The translations under genes and the position numbers were made by a program. The notes beneath the pieces were generated by a model. That model was not told the DNA's origin and searched no databases. It saw only the letters and a list, made by a program, of their open reading frames with translations. From a bacterium (GTDB taxonomy: Bacteria > Patescibacteriota > Minisyncoccia > Minisyncoccales > GWA2-46-15), in the NCBI GenBank assembly GCA_030704795.1, contig JAUYCZ010000015.1, forward strand, positions 27,540-91,539: a stretch of 64,000 nt of DNA, given 5' to 3'. Of the stretch, positions 55,665 through 64,000 are shown in pieces; positions within the stretch are counted from its first letter, which is position 1, and each line of letters begins with the position of its first letter.

Positions 55665-56788
55665 TGTTTTAATTTTATGGTATCTTTTTCCTGGAAATAA
55701 AAGCCGCCGGCGGCGGCGTGGCCGCCGTATCGCCTGACTAATTTAGAACAAGAGCCAATGGCTTTTATCCCGCTTAAACCATCTGGCATGCGGTAGTGAC
55801 CGATATTTTCTTTCTCCGTTATCTTATAGATAAAGGTCGGTTTATCAAAAGAGAGACAAAGACGAGAAGTAATTGATCCGAGCAGAGATTGGGACAAATC
55901 TGTCTTGCCTTCAAAAATGATGGGCGCGTCTTTCTGGAACAGAGCGATCTTTTTAAATTCGTCGACGCCCGCCTCAATCTTTACTTGTCTCTCGGCTCCC
56001 TTTTGCAGGAAACGCTCAAAGCGTTTCCCGGCTTCCTCGATTGAGCGAGAAGTCAGCAATAAGTAAACTTCACCCCAATCTCCTTCCTTATCGGTAATGT
56101 TAATGATCGTTACTATCTTACGAACCATCTCGCGCGTCGACAAACGGCGACTGACAACGCTCGACTGAAAAAGCGCCTGGAGGCCGGGCCGCCAGCTGTT
56201 TTCTAGATAAATCAGCCCCTCGCTGACGAGGAGCTGATTTTCCCCGGTTTCTGGCACCATGTCGGCGATGGTCGCTAAAGCTGTCAATCCCAATAAATCT
56301 TCTCTTAAATCTCCCGAAAGATTCCTACCCAAAAGCAACTCGGCCAGCTTAAAAGCGATGCCCGCGGTCGCGAGGTCTCGGAACCCATCATTGCCTTTCT
56401 CTTGTTTTGGGTTGACGATAATGGCGGCGGCCGGCAACCGGTCCAAAACCTCGTGATGCTCAATCATCAAGACCTCAAAGCCGATCTTTTTGGCCAGCTT
56501 AACCTCTTTAAAATTGCTGATCCCGCAATCAATGGTAATGAGCAGAGCCGGCGCCTTGTCTTTCAAAAAATCCAGAGCCGTTTCATTAAGACCGGGTTCT
56601 TCTTGCCTTCGGTCGGAAAAATAGAGGGAGGGCTGATCTCCTCCGAGATTGCCGATCGTTTCTTTGAGGGTCATTAAAGCCACCGTTCCGTCCAAGTCAG
56701 AATCGGCGTAGAGAACAATTCTTTCCTTTTCCTTGATGGCTTTTAAAATCCTTTTAGCTAGCTTGTTGAGATTTTTTATTTCCTTCAT
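55634..56788 (-). CDS. DHH-family phosphoesterase (NrnA/RecJ-like)
   Basis: DSDLDG, ITIDCG, LMIEHHEV DHH motifs. Confidence 0.7.
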   Translation of the reverse strand: MKEIKNLNKLAKRILKAIKEKERIVLYADSDLDGTVALMTLKETIGNLGGDQPSLYFSDRRQEEPGLNETALDFLKDKAPALLITIDCGISNFKEVKLAKKIGFEVLMIEHHEVLDRLPAAAIIVNPKQEKGNDGFRDLATAGIAFKLAELLLGRNLSGDLREDLLGLTALATIADMVPETGENQLLVSEGLIYLENSWRPGLQALFQSSVVSRRLSTREMVRKIVTIINITDKEGDWGEVYLLLTSRSIEEAGKRFERFLQKGAERQVKIEAGVDEFKKIALFQKDAPIIFEGKTDLSQSLLGSITSRLCLSFDKPTFIYKITEKENIGHYRMPDGLSGIKAIGSCSKLVRRYGGHAAAGGFYFQEKDTIKLKQCLTKYFQQK

Positions 56789-56812
56789 GGATTAATTTAT
56801 TTCATTCATGAT

Positions 56813-57856
56813 TCATGGATTATGTAGCATTTCCAAACCCGGCAGCTTTTCTCCGGATAGAAAAACCAAAAGGGCGTCTCCTCCGGTTGAAAGATGATTA
56901 AACTTATCCGCCAGTCCCAAGTTATTCAAGAACCAGGTTGTTTCGCCGCCGCCGGCCACCGAGAAAGCCCGACTCTTGATGATGGCTCGGGCCACTTGGA
57001 GAGAACCATGGGAATATTTTTTTTCTTCGATCTTTCCCAAGGGCCCGGACCAGAAAACTGTTTTAGCCTGGCTGATCTTTTCCCGGAAGACCTGCAAAGT
57101 CTGGGGGCCGATGTCAAAGCCGTCAACCGAATCAACGGGAAAAATGACTTTTTCCGGCCGATCGAGTTTTAAGCTTTTTTTCTCTAGTTCGTCGGCGACC
57201 AAATTGGCCAACAAAACAATGGCCTGGACGGTTATTTGATTAATCAGTTTCAGCTTAATCTCGATGCCTTTGGGCTGGCCTCCCAGAATGACGACCAGGG
57301 GCTTTTTCGGATGATTCCTAAGTTTAGTTAAAATTCTTATTTCTTTTTCCAAAAGCAAACCCGCAGCTGACGGTAAAAACTTGGCGACCCTGAATGAAGC
57401 GTGACCGCGATGGGAACTAGCAAAAGCATCATTGACAAAAATTTCTGCCAAAGAGCCGAGTTTTTTAGCGAAATCGAGATTGCCTTTTTCTTCCTGGAAA
57501 TGAAATCTCAAATTTTCAAGCAAGACAATCTCGCCCCCTTTTATAGTCTCTAGAGATTTTTTAACCTCATTTCCAAAACAATTGTTTAATTTTTTAATCT
57601 TAACTTTAAGGTATTTTTCCAGTCTCGTTTTTATCCCATCAAGCTTTAATCTTTTGACGGCTTTTCCTCTCGGGTCCCCGAGATGGCTCATCAGAATCAC
57701 TTTAGCTTTTTTCTTGACCAAATAGTTTATCGTCGGCAAGGTCTGAACAATCTTAAAATCATCTAAAATATCCCCTTCTAGATTAAGGGGGACATTGAAA
57801 TCACAGCGCACTAAAACTCTTTTGTTTTTGATATCAAAATCACGAATGGTTTTCAT
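56813..57856 (-). CDS. pgk: phosphoglycerate kinase
   Basis: RVLVRCDFNVPL, MSHLGDPRGK, C-terminal GGGETT...STGGDALLVFLSGEKLPGL. Confidence 0.8.
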   Translation of the reverse strand: MKTIRDFDIKNKRVLVRCDFNVPLNLEGDILDDFKIVQTLPTINYLVKKKAKVILMSHLGDPRGKAVKRLKLDGIKTRLEKYLKVKIKKLNNCFGNEVKKSLETIKGGEIVLLENLRFHFQEEKGNLDFAKKLGSLAEIFVNDAFASSHRGHASFRVAKFLPSAAGLLLEKEIRILTKLRNHPKKPLVVILGGQPKGIEIKLKLINQITVQAIVLLANLVADELEKKSLKLDRPEKVIFPVDSVDGFDIGPQTLQVFREKISQAKTVFWSGPLGKIEEKKYSHGSLQVARAIIKSRAFSVAGGGETTWFLNNLGLADKFNHLSTGGDALLVFLSGEKLPGLEMLHNP

Positions 57857-59493
57857 TCTGATTTTGGATTTTGGATTTTGTCATTTGGACTTTCGGAAGA
57901 CAGGGCTTCTTTGATAGCTTCTTTAACCTTCTCCATCTCCGGAACCACTCTGGGTCTTTCTCTTCGGGAAGAAAAAGAAACCGTCTCCTGGGTTAAAGCC
58001 TCTTCTAAAGAAAGAGGGCGGGGAGGGGCGGGTGGTTTTTCGACTTGGCCTTCAGGGGGTTTTTCTCTTTCCCGCTGTACTTTTTTCAAACAGATCTTGC
58101 AATAAACCGGACGTTTGCCATCGGGCTTGAAAACCACTTTGGTCCATTTCTTACAAGTCTCGCACTGGGCGTCATAAAGTTCCTTTGCCGACGGCAAAGG
58201 CGCCTCTGACGTTTCTTTGGTTTCCGCCCAGCGGATAATTTTATCGTCAACCACTTGCCTCGGGGTACCGTACCTTTCTCTGGAAACTTTAATGATTATT
58301 TCCCGGTTGGACTTTTCCGGCTTTAAAAAAGGTGGCAGAGTCTGGGCGGAAAACGCCCGGCCGGCCAGACCATTAATCATCAATTTTAAATAAATATCGT
58401 ACTTTCCCAGGTTGACCAAATCGGTGGCGATAAAATCAGGCGTGAATTCCTTTTCCAAAAACTCCGCGTCTTCGGCTCCGACCCGGAAACAAACCAGAGT
58501 TCCCACGTTGCCGAAAACCGCGTCTCTCACCTCTTCGGTCATTTGAGTAATGTATTGATGCCCCAAGGTCAAATCCAGACGATATTTTCTTGCCTCAGAT
58601 AGAATGGTGGCGAAGGACTCGGTGGCAAAGTCCTGGAACTCATCAACATAAAGAAAGAAGTCTTGTCTTTGTTCTTCCGGCACATCCACCCGGGACATGG
58701 CGGCCAGCTGGAGCTTAGTGATCAACAAAGCGCCCAAAAGCCGGGTGTTTTCATCGGTGATCCGGCCTTTGGAAATGTTGACGATTAGAATTTTTCGGCT
58801 GTCCATTATTTCTCTCATATTTATTTTTGAAGCCACCTGGCCGATGATATTCCTAATCAAAGGGTTGGAAATAAACTGGCCGATTTTGTTCTGGATGGCG
58901 GCCGTTGCCTCAACCTCATACTTTTGATTGTACCGGGCATATTCCTGGGTCCAAAAAGCCTTGATGACCGGGTCGGTGATCTTGTCCACCACTTTTTGGC
59001 GGTAACTAGGGTCGGACATCATTCGATTGACTCCCAATAAAGTCGAGCCCGGATACTCCAAAAGAGCTAAAATAGTGTTGCCCAAAATGTAGCTCATTCG
59101 TTCCGACCAAACATCCGGCCAAATTTTCTTAAAAACGCTCATTAGGCCGGAAGCAACTATGTGGCGGTGCTCGAGGTCAACTTTCTCCATAACATTAAAA
59201 GCGAGAGGGTAGTCTAAATCCGCCGGGTTGAAATAGATGACATCATTGACCCGGTCTGAAGGGATAAAATCCAAAAGCGATTCGGCGGTTTCGCCATGCG
59301 GGTCAATAAAACAAACTCCCTGGCCGTTCTGAATATCCTGAATCGCCATATTGGCCATCAGATTGGTCTTACCCATGCCGGTTTTGCCGATGACGTACAT
59401 GTGCTTTCTTCGATCGTCCAGCTTAATGCCAAACTTCTTCCTTTCGCGGCGAAAAGTTGTTTCGGCAAAAAAGTTTATGTCGGAAACGTTCAT
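57853..59493 (-). CDS. HerA/VirB4/VirD4-like P-loop ATPase (DUF87-like) with C-terminal CxxC...CxxC zinc ribbon and repeat-encoded tail
   Basis: Walker A YVIGKTGMGKTNL, FIDPHGE, Walker B FFLYVDEFQDFA, LTLGHQYITQM sensor block. Confidence 0.6.
   Translation of the reverse strand: MNVSDINFFAETTFRRERKKFGIKLDDRRKHMYVIGKTGMGKTNLMANMAIQDIQNGQGVCFIDPHGETAESLLDFIPSDRVNDVIYFNPADLDYPLAFNVMEKVDLEHRHIVASGLMSVFKKIWPDVWSERMSYILGNTILALLEYPGSTLLGVNRMMSDPSYRQKVVDKITDPVIKAFWTQEYARYNQKYEVEATAAIQNKIGQFISNPLIRNIIGQVASKINMREIMDSRKILIVNISKGRITDENTRLLGALLITKLQLAAMSRVDVPEEQRQDFFLYVDEFQDFATESFATILSEARKYRLDLTLGHQYITQMTEEVRDAVFGNVGTLVCFRVGAEDAEFLEKEFTPDFIATDLVNLGKYDIYLKLMINGLAGRAFSAQTLPPFLKPEKSNREIIIKVSRERYGTPRQVVDDKIIRWAETKETSEAPLPSAKELYDAQCETCKKWTKVVFKPDGKRPVYCKICLKKVQREREKPPEGQVEKPPAPPRPLSLEEALTQETVSFSSRRERPRVVPEMEKVKEAIKEALSSESPNDKIQNPKSE
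57861..57896. repeat. heptamer repeat (TTTGGAT-like) at the 3' end of the ATPase gene
   Basis: attttggattttggattttgtcatttggac. Confidence 0.6.
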
Positions 59494-59515
59494 GGCGACA
59501 AATTATGATGATCAG

Positions 59516-60859
59516 TTACTCAACAGGCAAACCTAAAGGCGGCTCGCCCTTCTTGGCTTCAACGCGAGACAGGCCAGGAGCCGAAGCCACCATTCGGCCG
59601 GGGAAATGATAAAGAGAGGCGATTTCTTCCGCCGTTAAAACAAACCGGCGGCCGGATTCATCGGGATTGTTGACGCAAGGATGGGGCCAGCCGACCCAAA
59701 TCCGATTAACATAACTGCGGAAGAGCCGGCGCTTGCGCAGAAAGAGGCGCTCTTTCTTAAACCAAAACCAATCGTACCAATTTTGTTTAATCTTGGTGAT
59801 GGTATCGGCCGAAGGCACCAGGGCTTGCATGTTATCGGTGACAAAATTGGTAAAGTAACTCATGGCCAATCTCTGGTTCGGCTTGAAAAGAACGTCGCGT
59901 TTGGCCAGATAGATATACTTAATATTGCACAAGAAGCCGAGTTTGCTGATCTTTCTTTCCACGGCGCCGACCACTTCTTTTTCTCCCGGCGTCAGCTTCA
60001 TTTCCACGGGAATAAAATCTCTCTCCTCTGGCGGGGCGGCTTCGGTAACTTTACCCGTTATGAGGATCTCGGCCGCCTCCAACAACATGGGTTTGGTCTT
60101 TCCTTCAGAAACATTTCGCCGGGCCAATTTGTCGCGCATTTTTTTGGCCTCGTCTTTCCAGGGCAGATATTCATCCAAAACCGGCAAGCAGCGGATCTGG
60201 ACCCAAATTTGCTCACCCGGCTTTAATCTGGCCATGCCTTCTAAAAGCGAAGCAATGGGATCGATTCTTTTTTCCTCTTCTTCTTTGCCCGTTTCGAATT
60301 CGCTGTAGGTTTTGATGGGATAACCCCAATGCTTCAGATTTTTATACTCTAATCCCCAAAAATCCCATTCGGCATTGGGCATGTCCTGGGGCACGTTCTT
60401 GGCGTAATCTTCAACCTCAGAAATCTCGGCCTGGGGATATTGAGAATAAACATGGGATTCAAAAATGGGTTGATATACCTTTGGCGTTCTAATGTAAAAA
60501 TGGGGCACGCCGTCAATGCCGGCAATTTCTAAGGTGAAACCGGTGGGATCCTTGCCTTGCCACCATTTCTCGAACCAGTTAGGAAAACTATAAATCTGCC
60601 AAAAGCCGGTGATGACGGTTTCCATGGCCTTGATTTGTTCTAGAACTTCTTCGGGGATTTTGATCTCCAAAAGTATGCGTGGTTCGTTCTCGGCAGCGTC
60701 AAAAATATCTTTGCGCCAATGATACCAGAGAAAGAGCATGATTTTACCGATCCAAAAACACTCCACGATCAAAAAAAGCCACCACCAATCGTTGAGGATG
60801 ACCCAAAAATAAGTTTTAGGCAAAGACAAGAAAAAAGATAACGAAAGTTCAGACGGCAT
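59516..60859 (-). CDS. membrane-anchored partner protein of the ATPase, no recognised family
   Basis: N-terminal 2 TM (WWWLFLIVECFWIGKIMLFLW) then about 380-aa soluble domain; 23-nt gap to the ATPase gene. Confidence 0.55.
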   Translation of the reverse strand: MPSELSLSFFLSLPKTYFWVILNDWWWLFLIVECFWIGKIMLFLWYHWRKDIFDAAENEPRILLEIKIPEEVLEQIKAMETVITGFWQIYSFPNWFEKWWQGKDPTGFTLEIAGIDGVPHFYIRTPKVYQPIFESHVYSQYPQAEISEVEDYAKNVPQDMPNAEWDFWGLEYKNLKHWGYPIKTYSEFETGKEEEEKRIDPIASLLEGMARLKPGEQIWVQIRCLPVLDEYLPWKDEAKKMRDKLARRNVSEGKTKPMLLEAAEILITGKVTEAAPPEERDFIPVEMKLTPGEKEVVGAVERKISKLGFLCNIKYIYLAKRDVLFKPNQRLAMSYFTNFVTDNMQALVPSADTITKIKQNWYDWFWFKKERLFLRKRRLFRSYVNRIWVGWPHPCVNNPDESGRRFVLTAEEIASLYHFPGRMVASAPGLSRVEAKKGEPPLGLPVE

Positions 60860-61082
60860 TCTCTAAAAAGAAAATTTAACGCTATTTAAAGATCGCTTAC
60901 CCCGTAGGAAATTAAATATTTTCCGTGGTCAATTGATTATATTGTTAATGATTTTCCGTAGAAAATATTTTCTAATTATGTTTTAAGATGTGCTTTCTGG
61001 GGTTGTCAATAAAACTAGCTGAAAATTATCGCCCTTGGCTTATTTAAAGCTCAACGTAAAACATAATCATTTCCTACGGGGC

Positions 61083-62168
61083 TTACGCCTCGTGGACGGA
61101 ATACCGGCCGTTTTCTGACTTCAAAAAACATTTCTTATTGCCCAGATTCAAAAGAATAGTGCTCTCCTTGACCAGGCGCTGAGACAAGACTCTTTTTAAA
61201 ATCTCATCCTGAGAAAGGGGCTGCTTGGCTTCTTTCAAGACCTGGGAAATAACATCCTTGACCGTGCCGGGCTCGTAACCCCACTCTCTCAAAGCATAAA
61301 CACCCCGACCCACCAGCACAAATCGGGAATCTTTAATTAGTTCGTTATGGACGGTTTGAAAATTCGTCTTTTTGGGAACCGGCAACGAAGCCGCCGTGGC
61401 GGAAGCCGCCACGACAGAAAACTCCTGAGGTTTTTCCGGAAATAAAAACTCATCGATCAGATTCGCGACCTTAATAAAATGCAAGGGCTTTTTGATTTTC
61501 TTAAAAACCAAAAGGGCCAAATCTCTGACGCCCCGGGGATTCACTTCTGGCCAGGTTTTCAGTCCATATTGACCATCCCTGGTTCTTAAAACCACCTTAG
61601 AAATCTCCAGAGCTGATTTCAAAAACGATGGATTGCCCGGAGCCGCTTCGGTCAATTTTTTTATCCCCAAAGGCTTTTTTTCTTTTGAGAGTTTTTTCTC
61701 AATGAGCTTGAGCAGCTTCTGAACTAAAAACAGCTTTTTTGTCTCTAGGGCTAAAAAAGCATAAAATTCTTTTGTTTCTCCGGCTCGAAAAAGACTGCCC
61801 TCAATAGCCAAGAGGAAGCAAAGCCAGTGGCGAGAATTGGCCTGGTGATTGAAAAGAGGATCTGAGAAAAGAAGTTCTTCTCTCTTCAATCCGCCGTTTT
61901 TTTGAAGATAGCTTTTGAAACTCGAAAAAACCTTGGCCATCTCAGGAGTAACTGATCCCCTTCTGATTTTAACCAAGGTCATCTCAATGATTTGGCGGAC
62001 TCTTTCTCTCGTCAAGCCCAAATCTTGGCCAATCGCTTCCAGGGTTTCTTCTTCTCCGTTTAAGCCAGAGATTTGGCTTAGGCCAAATCTCCGAAAAACA
62101 ATCTCCTTTTGTCTGGAGTTCAGGTTCTCAAAAAGAACCTGACAATCCTTTTGATAATTTAAAGCCAT
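61083..62168 (-). CDS. sigma-70 region-4-like HTH protein fused to two HARE-HTH-like winged-helix domains
   Basis: N-terminal LSQISGLNGEEETLEAIGQDLGLTRERVRQIIEMTLVKIRR; C-terminal ...DGQYGLKTWPE and ...FVLVGRGVYALREWGY. Confidence 0.5.
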   Translation of the reverse strand: MALNYQKDCQVLFENLNSRQKEIVFRRFGLSQISGLNGEEETLEAIGQDLGLTRERVRQIIEMTLVKIRRGSVTPEMAKVFSSFKSYLQKNGGLKREELLFSDPLFNHQANSRHWLCFLLAIEGSLFRAGETKEFYAFLALETKKLFLVQKLLKLIEKKLSKEKKPLGIKKLTEAAPGNPSFLKSALEISKVVLRTRDGQYGLKTWPEVNPRGVRDLALLVFKKIKKPLHFIKVANLIDEFLFPEKPQEFSVVAASATAASLPVPKKTNFQTVHNELIKDSRFVLVGRGVYALREWGYEPGTVKDVISQVLKEAKQPLSQDEILKRVLSQRLVKESTILLNLGNKKCFLKSENGRYSVHEA

Positions 62169-62235
62169 TGTATTATTCGGGCGCGAGCCCGATATGTCCT
62201 CAAATCATAACACCATCTTAGCCCAACGTCAACCT

Positions 62236-63120
62236 CTACTTCTTCCATCCTTGCCAACTGACCAAAAGGGGGCTGGCTAAAAATAAAGATGAGTAGGTAC
62301 CGATTATAATTCCAATAATTAAAGTCAAGGAAAAATATTTTAAAGTTTCTCCGCCGAAAAAGAATATTGCCAAGAGGACCAAAAGAGTGCAGGAACCCGT
62401 ACTAATTGATCGAACTAAGATCTGGTTCAAGCTCTGATTAACGCAGGCATTAAAATCTCCTCCTTTAGTTTTTAAGAGATTCTCTCTCACCCTGTCAAAA
62501 ACGACTACTTTATCGTTAATTGTATAACCCAAAAGAGTCAGTAAGGCGATGACAATTGGGATGCTGAATTGAACATTATAAAATTTCCCCAGAGAGGCAA
62601 AAACGCCAATTGGTATTAAAACATCAAAGAAAAGGGTAATTATCGAGATTATTCCATATTGCCAGCTGGATAAGGGCCGGGAGATTTTTCTAAAAGCAAT
62701 GGTAATATAAATGAGCAGGGCGGCTAGAGAAACAACTATTAAGATTATTGTTTTCTGCCGTAATTCTTTGCCGATAACCGGGCCGATGCTTTCGAAGCGT
62801 TTTTCCTCTATTTTTGAAATCTCCCGCAACCTCGAAATAATCTGTTGATGAATATTTTCATCAACTTCTTTCATTCTCATGATTACTCCATTGGCTCCGG
62901 TAGGTTGAACAACCAGCTCCTCTAAATTAAGATCTTTTAATTTTTCCTGAATTATTGGATTTTCCGGTCTATTTTCAAAATTAATTTCCAAAATACTTCC
63001 GCCCGAAAAATCAATACTAAATCTCAGGCCAAAGGTCAAAAGAGAAATCAAGCTCGCCACAATCAGAGCTCCAGAAAAAATATAATAAGCCTTTGTGTAT
63101 TTTAGAAAGGGAATATTCAT
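62236..63120 (-). CDS. secF: protein-export membrane protein SecF
   Basis: SIDFSGGSILEI..., 6 TM. Confidence 0.85.
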   Translation of the reverse strand: MNIPFLKYTKAYYIFSGALIVASLISLLTFGLRFSIDFSGGSILEINFENRPENPIIQEKLKDLNLEELVVQPTGANGVIMRMKEVDENIHQQIISRLREISKIEEKRFESIGPVIGKELRQKTIILIVVSLAALLIYITIAFRKISRPLSSWQYGIISIITLFFDVLIPIGVFASLGKFYNVQFSIPIVIALLTLLGYTINDKVVVFDRVRENLLKTKGGDFNACVNQSLNQILVRSISTGSCTLLVLLAIFFFGGETLKYFSLTLIIGIIIGTYSSLFLASPLLVSWQGWKK

Positions 63121-63150
63121 AGTTTTTTATTTCGTCAGAATCAAACTTGT

Positions 63151-64000
63151 TTATCTCCACAACCAACTTAATTTTTCGATTTTTGAACCGGCAAAAGACC
63201 TCAAGAGGTTATTGGTAATGAAAATTGCCGAAAACATACCGATTAAATTACCGATGATCAAGGTCAAGGCGAATCCTTTAATAAAACTGGTTCCCAAGCC
63301 AAATAAAATTAAAGCCACTAAAATAATGGTGAAATTTCCATCGCGGACTGATGGCCAAGCTCGTTTAAAACCATCTTCGAGTGAAATCAGAAAACCTTTC
63401 CCTTGTTTTAACTCTTCTCTTATCCTGGAAAAGATTAAAATATTAGCGTCCACGGCCATGCCGATGGAAAGGATGAACCCGGCAATGCCGGCCAAGGTCA
63501 GGGTCACCGGGATGATTTTAAAAAGGGAAAGAACCAGGGCAACGTAGATGGTCAAAGCTAGAGAAGCCAAGAATCCGGGCAAACGGTAAAAAAGCAGCAT
63601 GAAAACAAAAACCAGGCCAAAGCCAATGAGGCCGGCTCTCAAAGATTTCTCTAAAGAAGCTTGCCCCAGACTGGGACCGATGGTTTCCTGGGAAACCAGT
63701 TTAATGGGCACGGGCAAGGCCCCGGCATTCAGATTTCTGGCCAACTCCCGGCCCGCCTCAACGGTAAAGTCACCGGTAATCTGGGCTTGGCCTCCCTTAA
63801 TCGCTTCCTGAACAACCGGCCGAGATAAAAGAGCGTTGTCAATATAGATGGCCAAGGGCTGGCCCACATTTTTCGTCGTTAACTCTTCAAATAATTTGGC
63901 GCCTTCTTCGTTGAACTGAATCGAAACTTGAGGCTTATTCGTGGTCTGGTCAAAGGCTAAATCCGCCTTCTTCAGATAGCGTCCGGTCAATTGAGTGGAC
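63151..64000 (-). CDS. secD: protein translocase subunit SecD (partial, N-terminus beyond window)
   Basis: GPSLGQASLEKSLRAGLIGFGLVFVFMLLFYR SecD TM core. Confidence 0.85.
   Translation of the reverse strand, partial: STQLTGRYLKKADLAFDQTTNKPQVSIQFNEEGAKLFEELTTKNVGQPLAIYIDNALLSRPVVQEAIKGGQAQITGDFTVEAGRELARNLNAGALPVPIKLVSQETIGPSLGQASLEKSLRAGLIGFGLVFVFMLLFYRLPGFLASLALTIYVALVLSLFKIIPVTLTLAGIAGFILSIGMAVDANILIFSRIREELKQGKGFLISLEDGFKRAWPSVRDGNFTIILVALILFGLGTSFIKGFALTLIIGNLIGMFSAIFITNNLLRSFAGSKIEKLSWLWR

Noticed and set aside
1-64000. Alternative genetic code (UGA=Gly, code 25) as used by some CPR lineages
   Set aside because: RF2 with an intact UGA-dependent autoregulatory frameshift is present, and the conserved genes read cleanly with UGA as stop.

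Overview
This is a gene-dense bacterial window with about 90% coding, and most genes sit on the minus strand. I infer a small-genome, Gram-positive-type organism, possibly from the Candidate Phyla Radiation (Patescibacteria), based on gene content and style: a short archaeal-type AspRS without the GAD insertion, many GT2 and GT-C glycosyltransferases, giant repeat-domain surface proteins, sortase, weak Shine-Dalgarno sites and about 45% GC.

The housekeeping genes I can support are mraY, a D-Ala-D-Ala carboxypeptidase, aspS, eno, trxB, nnrD, a galU-like gene, ftsZ, rlmN, ftsEX and prfB. The prfB gene has the classic CUU-UGA-C +1 frameshift site, so the organism uses standard UGA stops. Further housekeeping genes are tgt, rarA, an AlkA/Ogg/Xth repair trio, ybaK, hpf, lepA, murJ, rnhA, a DHH phosphoesterase, pgk and secDF.

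RNA genes: tRNA-Gln(CUG), tRNA-Thr(CGU) and tRNA-Gly(CCC), all on the minus strand, and an RNase P RNA (rnpB, + strand, about 51551-51932) with its own terminator.

Accessory and unusual content:
- Three adjacent secreted surface proteins are built from PKD/Ig-like tandem domains; one paralog has strikingly high GC. A sortase and a CAP-domain protein lie next to them.
- Duplicated GT2 plus GT-C glycosylation modules, with a GT2 5' relic between them.
- A 16S rRNA m7G1405 methyltransferase of the ArmA/Rmt aminoglycoside-resistance family sits inside the tgt-rarA operon.
- A roughly 2.3-kb segment contains a HAD hydrolase, a hypothetical protein with an ATP-grasp-like E-x-N motif and a TrpR-like protein. 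It is bounded by about 136-bp direct repeats and lies next to rnpB.
- A HerA/VirD4-like P-loop ATPase with a C-terminal zinc ribbon is paired with a membrane-anchored partner, followed by a sigma-70 region-4 plus double HARE-HTH protein.
- Several families of short conserved non-coding or structured elements recur: a TCGGAC-N7-GTCCGA hairpin, a GGGGGTC-loop stem element, a leader motif upstream of three genes, and a 21-bp perfect inverted repeat around a pspC-domain gene.
- tRNA-Gln is followed by a GIY-YIG gene and a 14-bp duplicate of the tRNA 3' end.
- There is an orphan gene with its own promoter and terminator, a candidate 30-aa hydrophobic peptide, and a heptamer tandem repeat inside lepA and the ATPase gene.

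No CRISPR array, cas gene, reverse transcriptase or integrase is visible.
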